The position numbers and the translations under genes are program-made. DNA of 64,000 nt, from positions 400,582,001 to 400,646,000 of the forward strand of contig NW_027362767.1 in assembly GCF_046119375.1 (NCBI RefSeq), read 5' to 3'. Positions 35,851-46,968 of the stretch are shown piece after piece. A model generated the notes under the pieces. It was given only the letters and a program-made list of their open reading frames with translations. It searched no databases and was not told where the DNA came from. Position 1 is the first letter of the stretch; each line of letters starts with the position of its first letter. Source of the stretch: Phyllobates terribilis (lineage: Eukaryota).

Positions 35851-36539
35851 GCCGGTTGATGTGTGGATTTAGAGTTTTGAGTCGTGAACATATTTAACCA
35901 TTTAGTTACCATAGATGTGTGTGTAGATATTTTTTTTATTCTGTGTGTGGCTCTGGTGGTTAGTGACCGCCTTAGAAACGCTTGTTGGCAGCCACTAACA
36001 TGAAAAGAAAATAATAAATTGGTATCGCTTTAATTGTATGGAAATGAATGAGGCATCTGCCCTGCGCAATTATAATTGCGGGAACGGGCATTTACCCAAT
36101 CTCATGTTGTAAGGAGGCTGCCGGTCACCTAACGAGTAAAATATAAACAAACACAATACACTGTTCTCGGCAGCACACCGTCCTGTGCAGATACATCATG
36201 TGCTGCCGAGAACACAATGTCCTATGCGCACAGGACGATCTTATTCACCAGCGGTCTGTGAGACGAGCGGGCGGCCGGTCTATTAAGGATAGGACCACCC
36301 AACTACAAATGCGCAGCCAATCACCGGTCATCTAATGCAACTCGTACGGATGTGACGGCAAAGTATAGAAAGGAGTTGTAGGTTTTGGAAGACACAGAGG
36401 CAAAAAACGATGGGGGGGGGGGTGGGCTATAATTAGAGGTAGACTCAGTGGCCGAGCAAGTGCCCGGAGCAATGAAAGCATAATGCAGAAATAATGCTCC
36501 CCACCTTCGAGTCAGCCCCTCCGCCCTCCCAAAAAATAA

Positions 36540-36729
36540 AGGTTTTGCACTGTAGCTTTACAGCGCTGGGGTCCAGGGTTCAAATCCCACCAAGGACAAC
36601 ATCTGCAAGGAGTTTGTATGTTCTCCCTGTGTTTGCATGGGTTTCCTCCGGGTTCTCTGGTTTCCTCCCACACTCCAAACACATACTGATAGGGAATGTA
36701 GATTGTGAGCCACAATGGGGACAGTGATG
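36540..36729 (+). mobile_element. tRNA-derived V-SINE (5' degenerate) with an L2-like tail
   Basis: B box GGTTCAAATCC at 36577-36587; V-domain gttctccctgtg...gggtttcctccggg...ggtttcctcccac; tail tagattgtgagcc resembles the L2 3' end at 57462-57474. Confidence 0.75.
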
Positions 36730-38575
36730 TACAGACCGTCCGGGTCTCCTGAGCTGAGCTTGACAGCCTCATCTATCCCTATGAGTCCGTCAAGTCCAGG
36801 TTATGGGAGTCCCGGGCCAGGGACCGTGTTAAACGGACGTCTAGGAGAAAACTTTGCCCGACTTCGCCAGCAGCCGTTACTTGTGTGACCTCCTCTTTTG
36901 CCTGGGACTCGCCGCTTTACTTTTGTCTTTTTTCGAGCTTGCTTTGCTATTTTTATATTTTGAAAATTAGGTAATGGGACATTTATTATTCTGAAACCCA
37001 CAAGTTGGGATTTGTTACTTTGAAAACAGAACTTGAGGAACAGACTATTTGCTATACAAGATAAAATAAAAGATTAACTGGCAAAATGCATCACTGGCTG
37101 TATAAATCTGTGGTCTGTAAGGGTGGCGGCCCCCATGTCAAAGTCAATAAAAGGACCCTCACGGTAACAAACCCGGAGAGCGTCTCCATTATACTCCTCA
37201 GGTGCCTGTTGCGTGTTGTCTCTCTGAGCCGACCAGCAATTTTCTCACCCCAAAGGGGAAAAACTAACTAAATTGACCTCCACAGAAAGGGTGAAGTCCC
37301 TGTGTTTGGGACTAACTGAAGTTCTGCAGTAACATTTCCATGTTGAGTGACAACCTACTTTGAGGCTGGATATAGACACTTTGTACCCCTTTTTCTCAGC
37401 TACGCTAGGGGTTTTCAGATTTAACCTCCAGTTTATTAACTTGTATAACCTGTCTGATTGGCATCTTAAAATTTAAAGAAGTCCGTCCCTTCAAAAGTGC
37501 TGTAACGGGTCTGGGAGGTGGAACCTCTGAGCTACGATACAAAGGGGCAGTCCTTGTAAGGAAGCGGGTGGCTCCCAGGGTAGGCGGGCAGGTAGTCACG
37601 GCAAGTGACGGGGACAGTCTCTGGGTAGAAGGGCAGGAGGTCACGGCAAGTGACGGGGACAGTCTCTGGGTAGAAGGGCAGGAGGTCACGGCAAGTGACG
37701 GGGACAGTCTCTGGGTAGAAGGGCAGGAGGTCATGGCAAGTGACGGGAACAGTCTCTTGCCAGGCGGGTGGTCACGGCAAGTGACGGCGAAGCCTCCAGA
37801 TAGGCTAGCAGGCGGGTAGCAGGTGGACGCTCCCAGGTGAGCGGGCAAGAGTCTCTGGCCAGGCAGGTGGTCACAGCAGGTGACGGCAGAGCCTCCAGGT
37901 AGGCGAGCAGGCAGGTAGCAGGCGGACGCTCCCAGATGAGCGGGTAAGAGTCTCTGGCCAGACAGGTGGTCACAGCACGTGACGGAAGAGCCTCCAGGTA
38001 GGCTAGCAGGCAGGTAGCAGGCGGAGGCTCCCAGGTGAGCGGGTAAGAGTCTCTGGGCAGGCAGGTGGTCACAGCATGTGACGGCAGAGCCTCCAGGTAG
38101 GCTAGCAGGCAGGTAGCAGATGAGCGCTCCCAGGTGAGCGGGCAATCAAATCCATAGACAGACTGGCAGGGCTGGTAGGCAGACTGTCGGACTGCAGGAA
38201 TGCAAGTAGATAGACAAGTATCAGGCAGGTATCAAGCAGGAATCTGGCAGGTAACTGGTAGGTAACTGGTAACGGGACCTGAGGGCTGAAGCAGAGTGAT
38301 AGACTATGCAACAACATTGCTCGGACACCTCCATTTTGGAGGAGGTGCCTTATATATGGTGAGGTCCTCCGGCCATTGGCCAGGGACTCCTTAGGACAGC
38401 GCGCGCGGCCCCTTTAAGAGAGGGGAAGCGCGCGCCCTAAGCACAGTGGCCGGGAAGCAGCGCGCGCTGCCAGCAGAGCGGGAGGAGGACGCTGGGCACG
38501 GAGCGGAGAGGTGAGGGGAACAGCGTCCCTGCCTAGCAGGAGGCAGGGACGCCGACGCTACAGTACCCCCCCCCT

Positions 38576-41500
38576 TTAGGCCTCCCCCTTTTTTAGGCCG
38601 GAGAGAAATTTATCAAGGATGAGAGGGGCATGGATGTTCTCCCGGGGCTCCCAAGTTCTCTCCTCAGGACTAAACCCCTTCCAATCCACTAGAAAAAAGG
38701 TCTTTCCTCTTACCCTTTTGGTGGCCAGAATGCTCTCTACCTCAAACTCGTTTTCAGCGGAAACCGGAGCAGGAGGTGTACCTGTAGACTTGGAAAAAGA
38801 GTTAAGTACCACGGGTTTGAGGAGAGATACATGGAAGGAGTTAGGGATCCGCAAGTTGGCCGGGAGTTTCAATTTATAGGCCACTGGGTTGATTTGTTTG
38901 ATAACTTCCAGTGGGCCGATGAACCGAGGCCCTAACTTGTAGGAAGGAATCTTGAGCCGGACATACTTGGACGAGAGCCAGACTTTATCTCCAGGATGGA
39001 ATTGTGGAGGATCCAGGCGTTTTTTGTCAGCGTGTTTTTTCATCCGCTCGGACGACTGAAGGAGTGCGGATCGGGTACTCTCCCAAATGGAGGAGAATTC
39101 GCTAACGAGAGATTCCGCAGCCGGATTGTCCACTGAGGTGGAGACGGGAAATGGGATCCGAGGATGCTGACCGAAGACTACAAAAAACGGGGATTTGGAG
39201 GAAGATTCGCTCTCGTGATTATTGTAAGAGAACTCGGCCCATGGTAAAAGATCCACCCAGTCCGAATGGTGGGCATTAACGAAGTGCCGGAGATAAATGG
39301 TCAGGATCTGATTGATCCGCTCCACTTGACCATTGGACTGTGGGTGGTAAGCGGAGGAGAAGTCCAGGGTGACGTCCAGCAGCTTACATGTGGCTCTCCA
39401 GAAGCGTGAGGTGAACTGAACCCCACGATCCGACACGATGTGGAGGGGCAGGCCATGGAGACGGAAGATGTGGCGGATAAAGTCTTTAGCCAGCTCGGGT
39501 GCAGACGGGAGGCCCGGCAGGGGAATGAAGTGAGCCATCTTGGAAAAGCGGTCAGCGACCACCCAAATGACCGTACAACCGGCAGAGACAGGGAGATCCG
39601 TTATAAAGTCCATAGCTATATGCTGCCACGGGGCAGCAGGTACAGGAAGAGGAAGGAGGCGACCGGCTGGCAGATGTCTCGGAACCTTGTTGCGGGCGCA
39701 GGACACACAGGCTGAAACAAAGTCTATTACGTCCTTGGGCAGGGTAGGCCACCAGTAATGCCGGGTAATAAGCTGGAGGGTCTTTTTCTGACCGGCGTGG
39801 CCAGCTAGCTTAGACGAGTGACCCTAGTGTAGGATCTTCTTCCGATCAGGTACTGTTACGAACGTCTTACCGGGAGGGAGACGATTTAGATTCACGGGGG
39901 CCACCTGCATTACTCTGGCGGGATCAATGATGTGCTTAGGCTCCTCCTCTAGATCAGACACCAGGAAGGATCGGGACAAGGCGTCAGCTTTGATGTTTTT
40001 GTCAGCCGGGCGAAAATGAAGAACGAAATCAAAGCGGGCAAAAAACAAGGACCACCGGGCTTGGCGCGGGTTAAGTCTCTGGGCGCTCTGGAGGTAAGCC
40101 AAGTTCTTGTGGTCCATGTAAATAATTACCGGGTGAAGAGCCCCCTCGAGCAGGTAACGCCACTCCTCCAGTGCCAGCTTGATGGCCAATAACTCTCGGT
40201 CTCCTATAGAATAATTGCGCTCAGAAGGGGAGAAGAGTTTGGAGAAGAAGCCGCAAGTTACCATTCTTCCGGAAGACGACTTTTGGGTAAGTACCGCTCC
40301 GGCTCCAGAGGAGGAGGCGTCCACTTCCAGGAAGAATTGTTTGTTGCCGTCCGGACGATGCAGCACCGGGGCGGAAGAGAAAGCCTGTTTTAAGGAAAGA
40401 AAGGCTTCCTCTGCTTCGGGCGGCCATTCTCTGGGATTAGTACCCTTACTGGTGAGCGCAGAGATTGGGGCAGTCCGGGAAGAGAAGTGCGGTATGAAGA
40501 GGCGGTAGTAGTTGGCGAAGCCCAGGAACCGCTGAATAGCCTTCAACCCCTCTGGTCGGGGCCACTTCTGGATGGCAGACAGTTTCTCAGGATCCATTCG
40601 TAGGCCGGTCTGAGAGATTATGTAGCCCAAGAACGGAAGCGAGGTCTGCTCAAAGAGGCACTTCTCATATTTAGTCTAGAGGTGGTTCTGCCTGAGCCTG
40701 AGCAGGACCTGACGAACATCCCTCCGGTGAGTGAGAAGATCCGGAGAGAAGACCAAGATGTCGTCCAGGTACACCACTACGCAGGAGTAGAGAAGGTCCC
40801 GGAAGATGTCATTGACCAACTCTTGAAAGACGGCGGGAGCGTTACAGAGACCGAAGGGCATTACAAGGTATTCATAGTGGCCGTCCCGGGTGTTGAATGC
40901 CGTCTTCCATTCATCACCTGACGGATATGGACCAGGTTATACGCCCCACGGAGGTCCAGATTGGTGAAGATTCTAGCCCCCCTCAGACGGTCAAATAATT
41001 CCAGAATGAGCGGAAGGGGGTATTTGTTCTTCACCGTGATCTGGTTAAGGCCTCTATAGTCTATACAGGGACGGAGTGAGCCGTCCTTCTTTTTGACGAA
41101 GAAGAAGCCTGCTCCCGCCGGGGAGGTCGATTTCCGGATAAATCCCCGGGCCAGATTCTCCTCAATATATTCAGACATGGACCGGGTCTCAGCAGCGGAC
41201 AAAGGGTAAATACGCCCACGGGGAGGAGTAGCGCCGGGCATCAGGTCGATTGGGCAGTCGTATGGTCTATGAGGGGGTAATGTCTCTGCCTCCTTTTTAT
41301 TAAAGACGTCCGCATAAGACCAATAGGGAACCGGAAGACCAGGTAGATTGGCTGGGGTAGGAGAAGGACGGACAGGATGGACGGGAACTAAACAAGTCTT
41401 ATGGCAGTCCTGTCCCCAGCGAAGGACCGCTCCGGTCTGCCAATCAAGCACGGGTGCATGTTTCTGAAGCCAAGGTAGACCTAGCAAGAGGGCGTGAGAG

Positions 41501-41832
41501 AGTCCAGGCAGAACATGAAAGAAGATGCTCTCAGAGTGCAGCATTCCCACTTGCAGGGTTATGGATTCGGTGATGAGTTGGATGGGATGTGGTAAGAGGC
41601 CCCCATCCACGGCAGCGACAGATAAGGGTACAGCCAGAGGTTTGGTGGGAATGCGGTATTTCTCTACCAGGGACTGAGAAATGAGATTTCCGGCAGCTCC
41701 AGAGTCAAGTTGGGCTAGTTCAAAATAACGGTTCTCCCCGCAGATGATAGAGACCGACAGCAACAGAGATGGAGAGGGTTTACTCTTGTCTAGGACAACC
41801 TCTCTGAGCGATCCTAGACACAGGCGTTTCCC
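38576..41832 (-). pseudogene. Gypsy Pol (PR-RT-RNaseH-IN-chromodomain) with three lesions
   Basis: LDSGA, YLDD, VDASS...ELLAI, HHCC, MDFITDL, GQVERIN, GPF, chromodomain FEVESIL...WKGFSPEERTWEP. A 1-bp deletion near 40918; TAG at 40676-40678 and 39824-39826. Confidence 0.92.
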
Positions 41833-42764
41833 GACCTCTCCGGGCAGGAACGGATCCTGTGCTCCTTACTGCCACAGTAGAAGCAGCTCCCCTCGGCTCG
41901 GCGTAACTCTTGACGGTTCTTGACCATCTTGGTCTGGTTGACCTGCATAGGCTCGGGTGAGTGCGCCTGGGGAGTAGCGGGAGAAGTGACAGGTTTCTGA
42001 AAGGTAGGGGCTGGACGTGGAAACCTCCTCTCACGGGTGACCTCTTTGGCGCGTTCCTGGAACCGGATGTCAATCCGGGTGGCAAGAGTTATTAAGTCGT
42101 CGAGAGTGGTAGGTATGTCCCGACCGGCGAGTTCATCTTTAATACGGCCGGACAGACCCTCCCAAAAGACAGACACCAGGGCGTCGTTATCCCATGCCAA
42201 CTCCGAAGCAAGGGTACGGAACCGTATGGCATATTGGCCCACGGTGAGATTTCCTTGATGGAGGCGTAGCAGAGATGATGCGGATGAGGTCTTCCGTCCG
42301 GGTTCGTCGAAGACTTTCCGGAAAGCCGTGAGAAAGGCTGGCAGGTTGGACACCAGGGGGTCTCCTCTCTCCCATAGAGGATTTAGCCAAGCCAGTGCCT
42401 CCCCCGTGAGATGGGACATGATGAAGGCTACTTTGGCCCGATCTGAGATAAACTGGTGGGACAGGAGTTCAAAGTGCAGGGTGCACTGGTTTATGAAGCT
42501 CCGAGCTTGAGCGGGGTCGCCTCCGAAGCGAGGAGGTGTAGAAAGCCGGGGTCCGGGGCAGGATGCCATGGTATTGGTGGGCAGCGGCGCTGCCGGGCTG
42601 CGAGTCATGACACTAGCGGTGGTTGCTGGTGGAGCAGTCAGAGTGTCCAGGCGAGAGTTGACATTCCGCAGATGACTCAGGATGGACTCCTGTTGGGACC
42701 TCTGATGGGACATTTCATGACATAGGTCCGAGAGCGAGGGAGCTTGGGTGCCACCGGGTTCCAT
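41814..42764 (-). CDS. Gypsy Gag (PEG10/RTL-like capsid + CCHC knuckle), 316 aa
   Basis: PPRFGGDP...[32 protein letters not shown]. Confidence 0.92.
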   Translation of the reverse strand: MEPGGTQAPSLSDLCHEMSHQRSQQESILSHLRNVNSRLDTLTAPPATTASVMTRSPAAPLPTNTMASCPGPRLSTPPRFGGDPAQARSFINQCTLHFELLSHQFISDRAKVAFIMSHLTGEALAWLNPLWERGDPLVSNLPAFLTAFRKVFDEPGRKTSSASSLLRLHQGNLTVGQYAIRFRTLASELAWDNDALVSVFWEGLSGRIKDELAGRDIPTTLDDLITLATRIDIRFQERAKEVTRERRFPRPAPTFQKPVTSPATPQAHSPEPMQVNQTKMVKNRQELRRAEGSCFYCGSKEHRIRSCPERSGNACV

Positions 42765-44018
42765 GGCCCGAGCAAACTGTAACGGGTCTGGGAGGTGGAA
42801 CCTCTGAGCTACGATACAAAGGGGCAGTCCTTGTAAGGAAGCGGGTGGCTCCCAGGGTAGGCGGGCAGGTAGTCACGGCAAGTGACGGGGACAGTCTCTG
42901 GGTAGAAGGGCAGGAGGTCACGGCAAGTGACGGGGACAGTCTCTGGGTAGAAGGGCAGGAGGTCATGGCAAGTGACGGGAACAGTCTCTTGACAAGCGGG
43001 TGGTCACGGCAAGTGACGGCGAAGCCTCCAGATAGGCTAGCAGGCGGGTAGCAGGTGGACGCTCCCAGGTGAGCGGGCAAGAGTCTCTGGACAGGCAGGT
43101 GGTCACAGCAAGTGACGGCAGAGCCTCCAGGTAGGCTAGCAGGCAGGTAGCAGGCGGACGCTCCCAGGTGAGCGGGCAAGAGTCTCTGGACAGGCAGGTG
43201 GTCACAGCAGGTGATGGCAGAGCCTCCAGGTAGGCTAGCAGGCAGGTAGCAGGCGGACGCTCCCAGGTGAGCGGGTAAGAGTCTCTGGGCAGGCAGGTGG
43301 TCACAGCAGGTGACGGCAGAGCCTCCAGGTAGGCTAGCAGGTAGGTAGCAGGCGGACGCTCCCAGGTGAGCAGGTAAGAGTCTCTGGGCAGGCAGGTGGT
43401 CACAGCATGTGACGGCAGAGCCTCCAGGTAGGCTAGCAGGCAGGTAGCAGGCGGACGCTCCCAGGTGAGCGGGTAAGAGTCTCTGGGCAGGCAGGTGGTC
43501 ACAGCACGTGACGGCAGAGCCTCCAGGTAGGCTAGCAGGCAGGTAGCAGATGAGCGCTCCCAGGTGAGCGGGCAATCAGATCCATAGACAGACTGGCAGG
43601 GCTGGTAGGCAGACTGTCGGACCGCAGGAATGCAAGTAGATAGACAAGTATCAGGCAGGTATCAAGCAGGAATCTGGCAGGTAACTGGTAGGTAACTGGT
43701 AACGGGACCTGAGGGCTGAAGCAGAGTGATAGACTATGCAACAACATTGCTCGGGTACCTCCATTTTGGAGGAGGTGCCTTATATATGGTGAGGTCCTCC
43801 GGCCATTGGCCGGGGACTCCTTAGGACGGCGCGCGCGGCCCCTTTAAGAGAGGGGGAGCGCGCCCGCGCGCCCTAAGCACAGTGGCCGGGAAGCAGCGCG
43901 CGCTGCCAGCAGAGCGGGAGGAGGACGCTGGGCACGGAGCGGAGAGGTGAGGGGAACAGCGTCCCTGCCTAGCAGGAGGCAGGGACGCCGACGCTACAAA
44001 TGCCACCACTTCCTAATA

Positions 44019-45575
44019 CAACCCCTGGCAAAAATTATGGAATCACCGGGCTCGGAGGATGTTCATTCAGTTGTTTAATGTTGTTGAAAAAAAACAGATC
44101 ACAGACATGGTACAAAACTAAAGTCATTTCAAATGGCAACTTTAGGGCTTTAAGAAACACTAAAAGAAATCAAGATTAAAAATGTGGTACTCAGTAAGGG
44201 TAATTTTTTTCAGACCAAGCAGAGGGAAAAAATTATGGAATCACTCAATTCTGAGGAAAAAATTATGGAATCACCCTGTAAATTTTCATTTCCAAAACTA
44301 ACACCTGCATCAAATTAGATCTGCTCGTTAGTCTGCATCTAAAAAGGAGTGATCACACCTTGGAGAGCTGTTGCACCACGTGGACTGACATGAATCATGG
44401 CTCCAACACGAATCTGGAATCTGGACCAAATACAAACAACATGGGAAGGTTGTTAAAGGCAAACATACTGGTAGACCAAGGAAGACATCAAAGCGTCAAG
44501 ACCGGAAACTTAAAGCAATATATCTCCAAAACAAGAAATGCACAACAAAACAAATGAGGAATGAATGGGAGGAAACTGGAGTCAATGTCTGTGAACTGTA
44601 AGAAACCGCCTAAAGGAAATGGGATTTACATACAGAAAAGCTAAACATAAGCCATCATTAACACCTAAACAGAAAAAAACAAGGTTACAATGGGCTAAGG
44701 AAAAGCAATCGTGGACTGTGGAGGACTGGATGAAAGTCACATTCAGTGATGAATCGCGAATCCGCATTGGGCAAGGTGATGATGCTGGAACTTTTGTTTG
44801 GTGCCGTTCCAATGAGATTTATAAAGATGACTGCATGAAGAGAACATGAAAATTTCCACAGTCATTGATGATATGGGGCTGCATGTCAGGTAAAGGCACT
44901 GGGGAGATGGCTGTCATTACATCTTCAATAAATGCCCAAGTTTACATTGATATTTTGGACAGTTTTCTTATCGCATCAATTGAAAGGATGTTTGGGGATG
45001 ATGACATCATTTTTCAAGATGATAATACATCCTGCCATAGAGCAAAAACTGTGAAAACATTCCTTGAAAGAAGACACATAAGGTCAATGTCATGGCCTGC
45101 AAATAGTCCGGATCTCAATCCAATTGAAAATCTTTGGTGGAAGTTGAAGAAAATGGTCCATGACAAGGCTCCAACCTGCAAAGCTGATCTGGCAACAGCA
45201 ATCAGAGAAAGTTGGAACCAGATTGATGAAGAGTACTGTTTGTCACTCATTAAGTCCATGCCTCAGAGACTGCAAGCTGTTATTAAAGCCAGAGGTGGTG
45301 CAACAAAATACTAGTGATGTATTGGAGTGTTCTTTTGTGTTTGTTTTTCATGATTCCATAATTTTTTCCTTCTGCTTGGTCTGAAAAAAATTACCCTTAC
45401 TGAGTACCACATTTTTAATCTTGATTTCTTTTAGTGTTTCTTAAAGCCCTAAAGTTGCCATTTGAAATGACTTCAGTTTTGTGCCATGTCTGTGATCTGC
45501 TTTTATTCAACAACATTAAACAACTGAATGAACATCCTCCGAGCCCGGTGATTCCATCATTTTTGCCAGGGGTTG
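44019..45575 (+). mobile_element. Tc1/mariner DD34E transposon with long TIRs; decayed transposase
   Basis: TA TSDs (44017-44018, 45576-45577); TIR CAACCCCTGGCAAAAATTATGGAATCACC, ~230 bp; FSDES, FQDDN-34aa-E; N-terminal deletion and TGA at 44847-44849. Confidence 0.93.
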
Positions 45576-46914
45576 TAGTTCTCTTCCCGCACTCTCCAAG
45601 TATCCCCAGACCCATATGTAATTTTGTCAAAAAGTTTAACACTTTTTGGCAAGATGTTACTTACAGTAGGTCTAAGCGGTGTAGATGCTGCAGACAGATC
45701 AAGATTGACTTAAGTCTGCAGCACGTTTATGACCATGTAGATTTGTTCCCGGGCATGGAGGACATTACACAGCAGTAATCCAGTGCTGGGGAGAGATGAA
45801 ACACTTACTAGAGAGTACCAGAAAAGTCTCCATTTCAGGGCCTTGGTCCTGCTTTCTTTCATTCTGCTTCTCTCCCCTCCATAGACTTCAGAAAGCAGAT
45901 GTAATGTGATCTTTCAGTGAGTCAGGAGTAAAAGCATCTTACCTCCATGACAATTTTTCTTTTATTTTTTAATTTATTACTATTTTTTTTTTTTTAAATC
46001 AATTTATTTTCATAAAATATACATATCCATTTCTAAATTCTTTCTGGCTCTATGATACTTTTATGTTATGAAATGTACAGTAGTAATTGAAAAAAAAATG
46101 TAAAACTTCATCAAACAGTATAATAATTTATTTTTGGTGGATTAAAAACAAAATAAATAAAAATAAAATCTCAGCAGCCTGGCAAATTGCCACATGGCAT
46201 TTATAGTCACTGTATGTAAAACCATAGAAAAATATAAAAAACATACAAATCTAAAAAACGTGGTTATTTGTCATCTGTGCTTTAAAAAAAAAATCAAAAA
46301 AAAGAATCAAGGTTTTTGCTCGCCGATCACATTTCCATCCAAAAATGGTGTTGACGTCGTCCATTTGTACAAGGAAAACACAAAAAAACACTAAAAACAC
46401 AGTCAATTTTTGCAACTAATTTTTTCTTTTGGCTCCAATGCATCTGATCAACAAAAATAAAGATCAACCGTTTTGTGTCTGCAGCACTTATGCGTATCCT
46501 TGGTTACAGACTACAAACCCTGTGTAGTCGGATACAGCTGTCACTCATTCTACCCAACGTGTTAACAAGGAGTAGAGGAGAAGGTGACAGCAGGATCAGA
46601 CTACGCAGAATTTGTTTGTAGTCTGTTGCCATGGAGAAGCATAGATAGGAGCTGTAGACCGGAAACGGTAACTCCATTCTACACGATTTCCTTGTATTGG
46701 AGCAAGAAAAATATTAGTAGTAAAGTTGGACACAGCCTTTTATTACATAAAATCCATTTTTTAGCATTATTGCACATAGTCTACCTGCAATACTCAAAAA
46801 AAAGATGTCCCCCGATACCCCGCAGCCACAAGCTTTGTTAAAAATCAAATTTTTTTTCTACCACTTTTTAAAAATATTTAGGCTTTTTTTTGCATGAAAT
46901 GGCGATATCAGATA

Positions 46915-46968
46915 TTACTCTGTCATCCGAGCTTTGTGAAGCCATTCTCCAATTTTATTGGCAATTTC
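46915..46968 (-). CDS. PRSS16: PRSS16 coding exon 11 (last)
   Basis: [17 protein letters not shown]; AATAAA (minus strand) at 46744-46739. Confidence 0.85.
   Translation of the reverse strand, partial: EIANKIGEWLHKARMTE

Larger units (their letters stand above)
37501..43998 (-). mobile_element. Full-length Ty3/Gypsy chromovirus (Tf1/sushi-type) LTR retrotransposon, inactivated
   Basis: 5' LTR 42778-43998 and 3' LTR 37501-38562 (TG...CA); 5-bp TSD AGTGC/AATGC (one mismatch); polypurine tract next to the 3' LTR (38563-38577); gag, PR, RT, RH, IN, chromodomain in order. Confidence 0.97.

Noticed and set aside
37405-38145. 246-aa and 286-aa LTR ORFs as host genes
   Set aside because: They consist entirely of LTR tandem repeats with non-ATG starts. 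Kept only as a structural observation.
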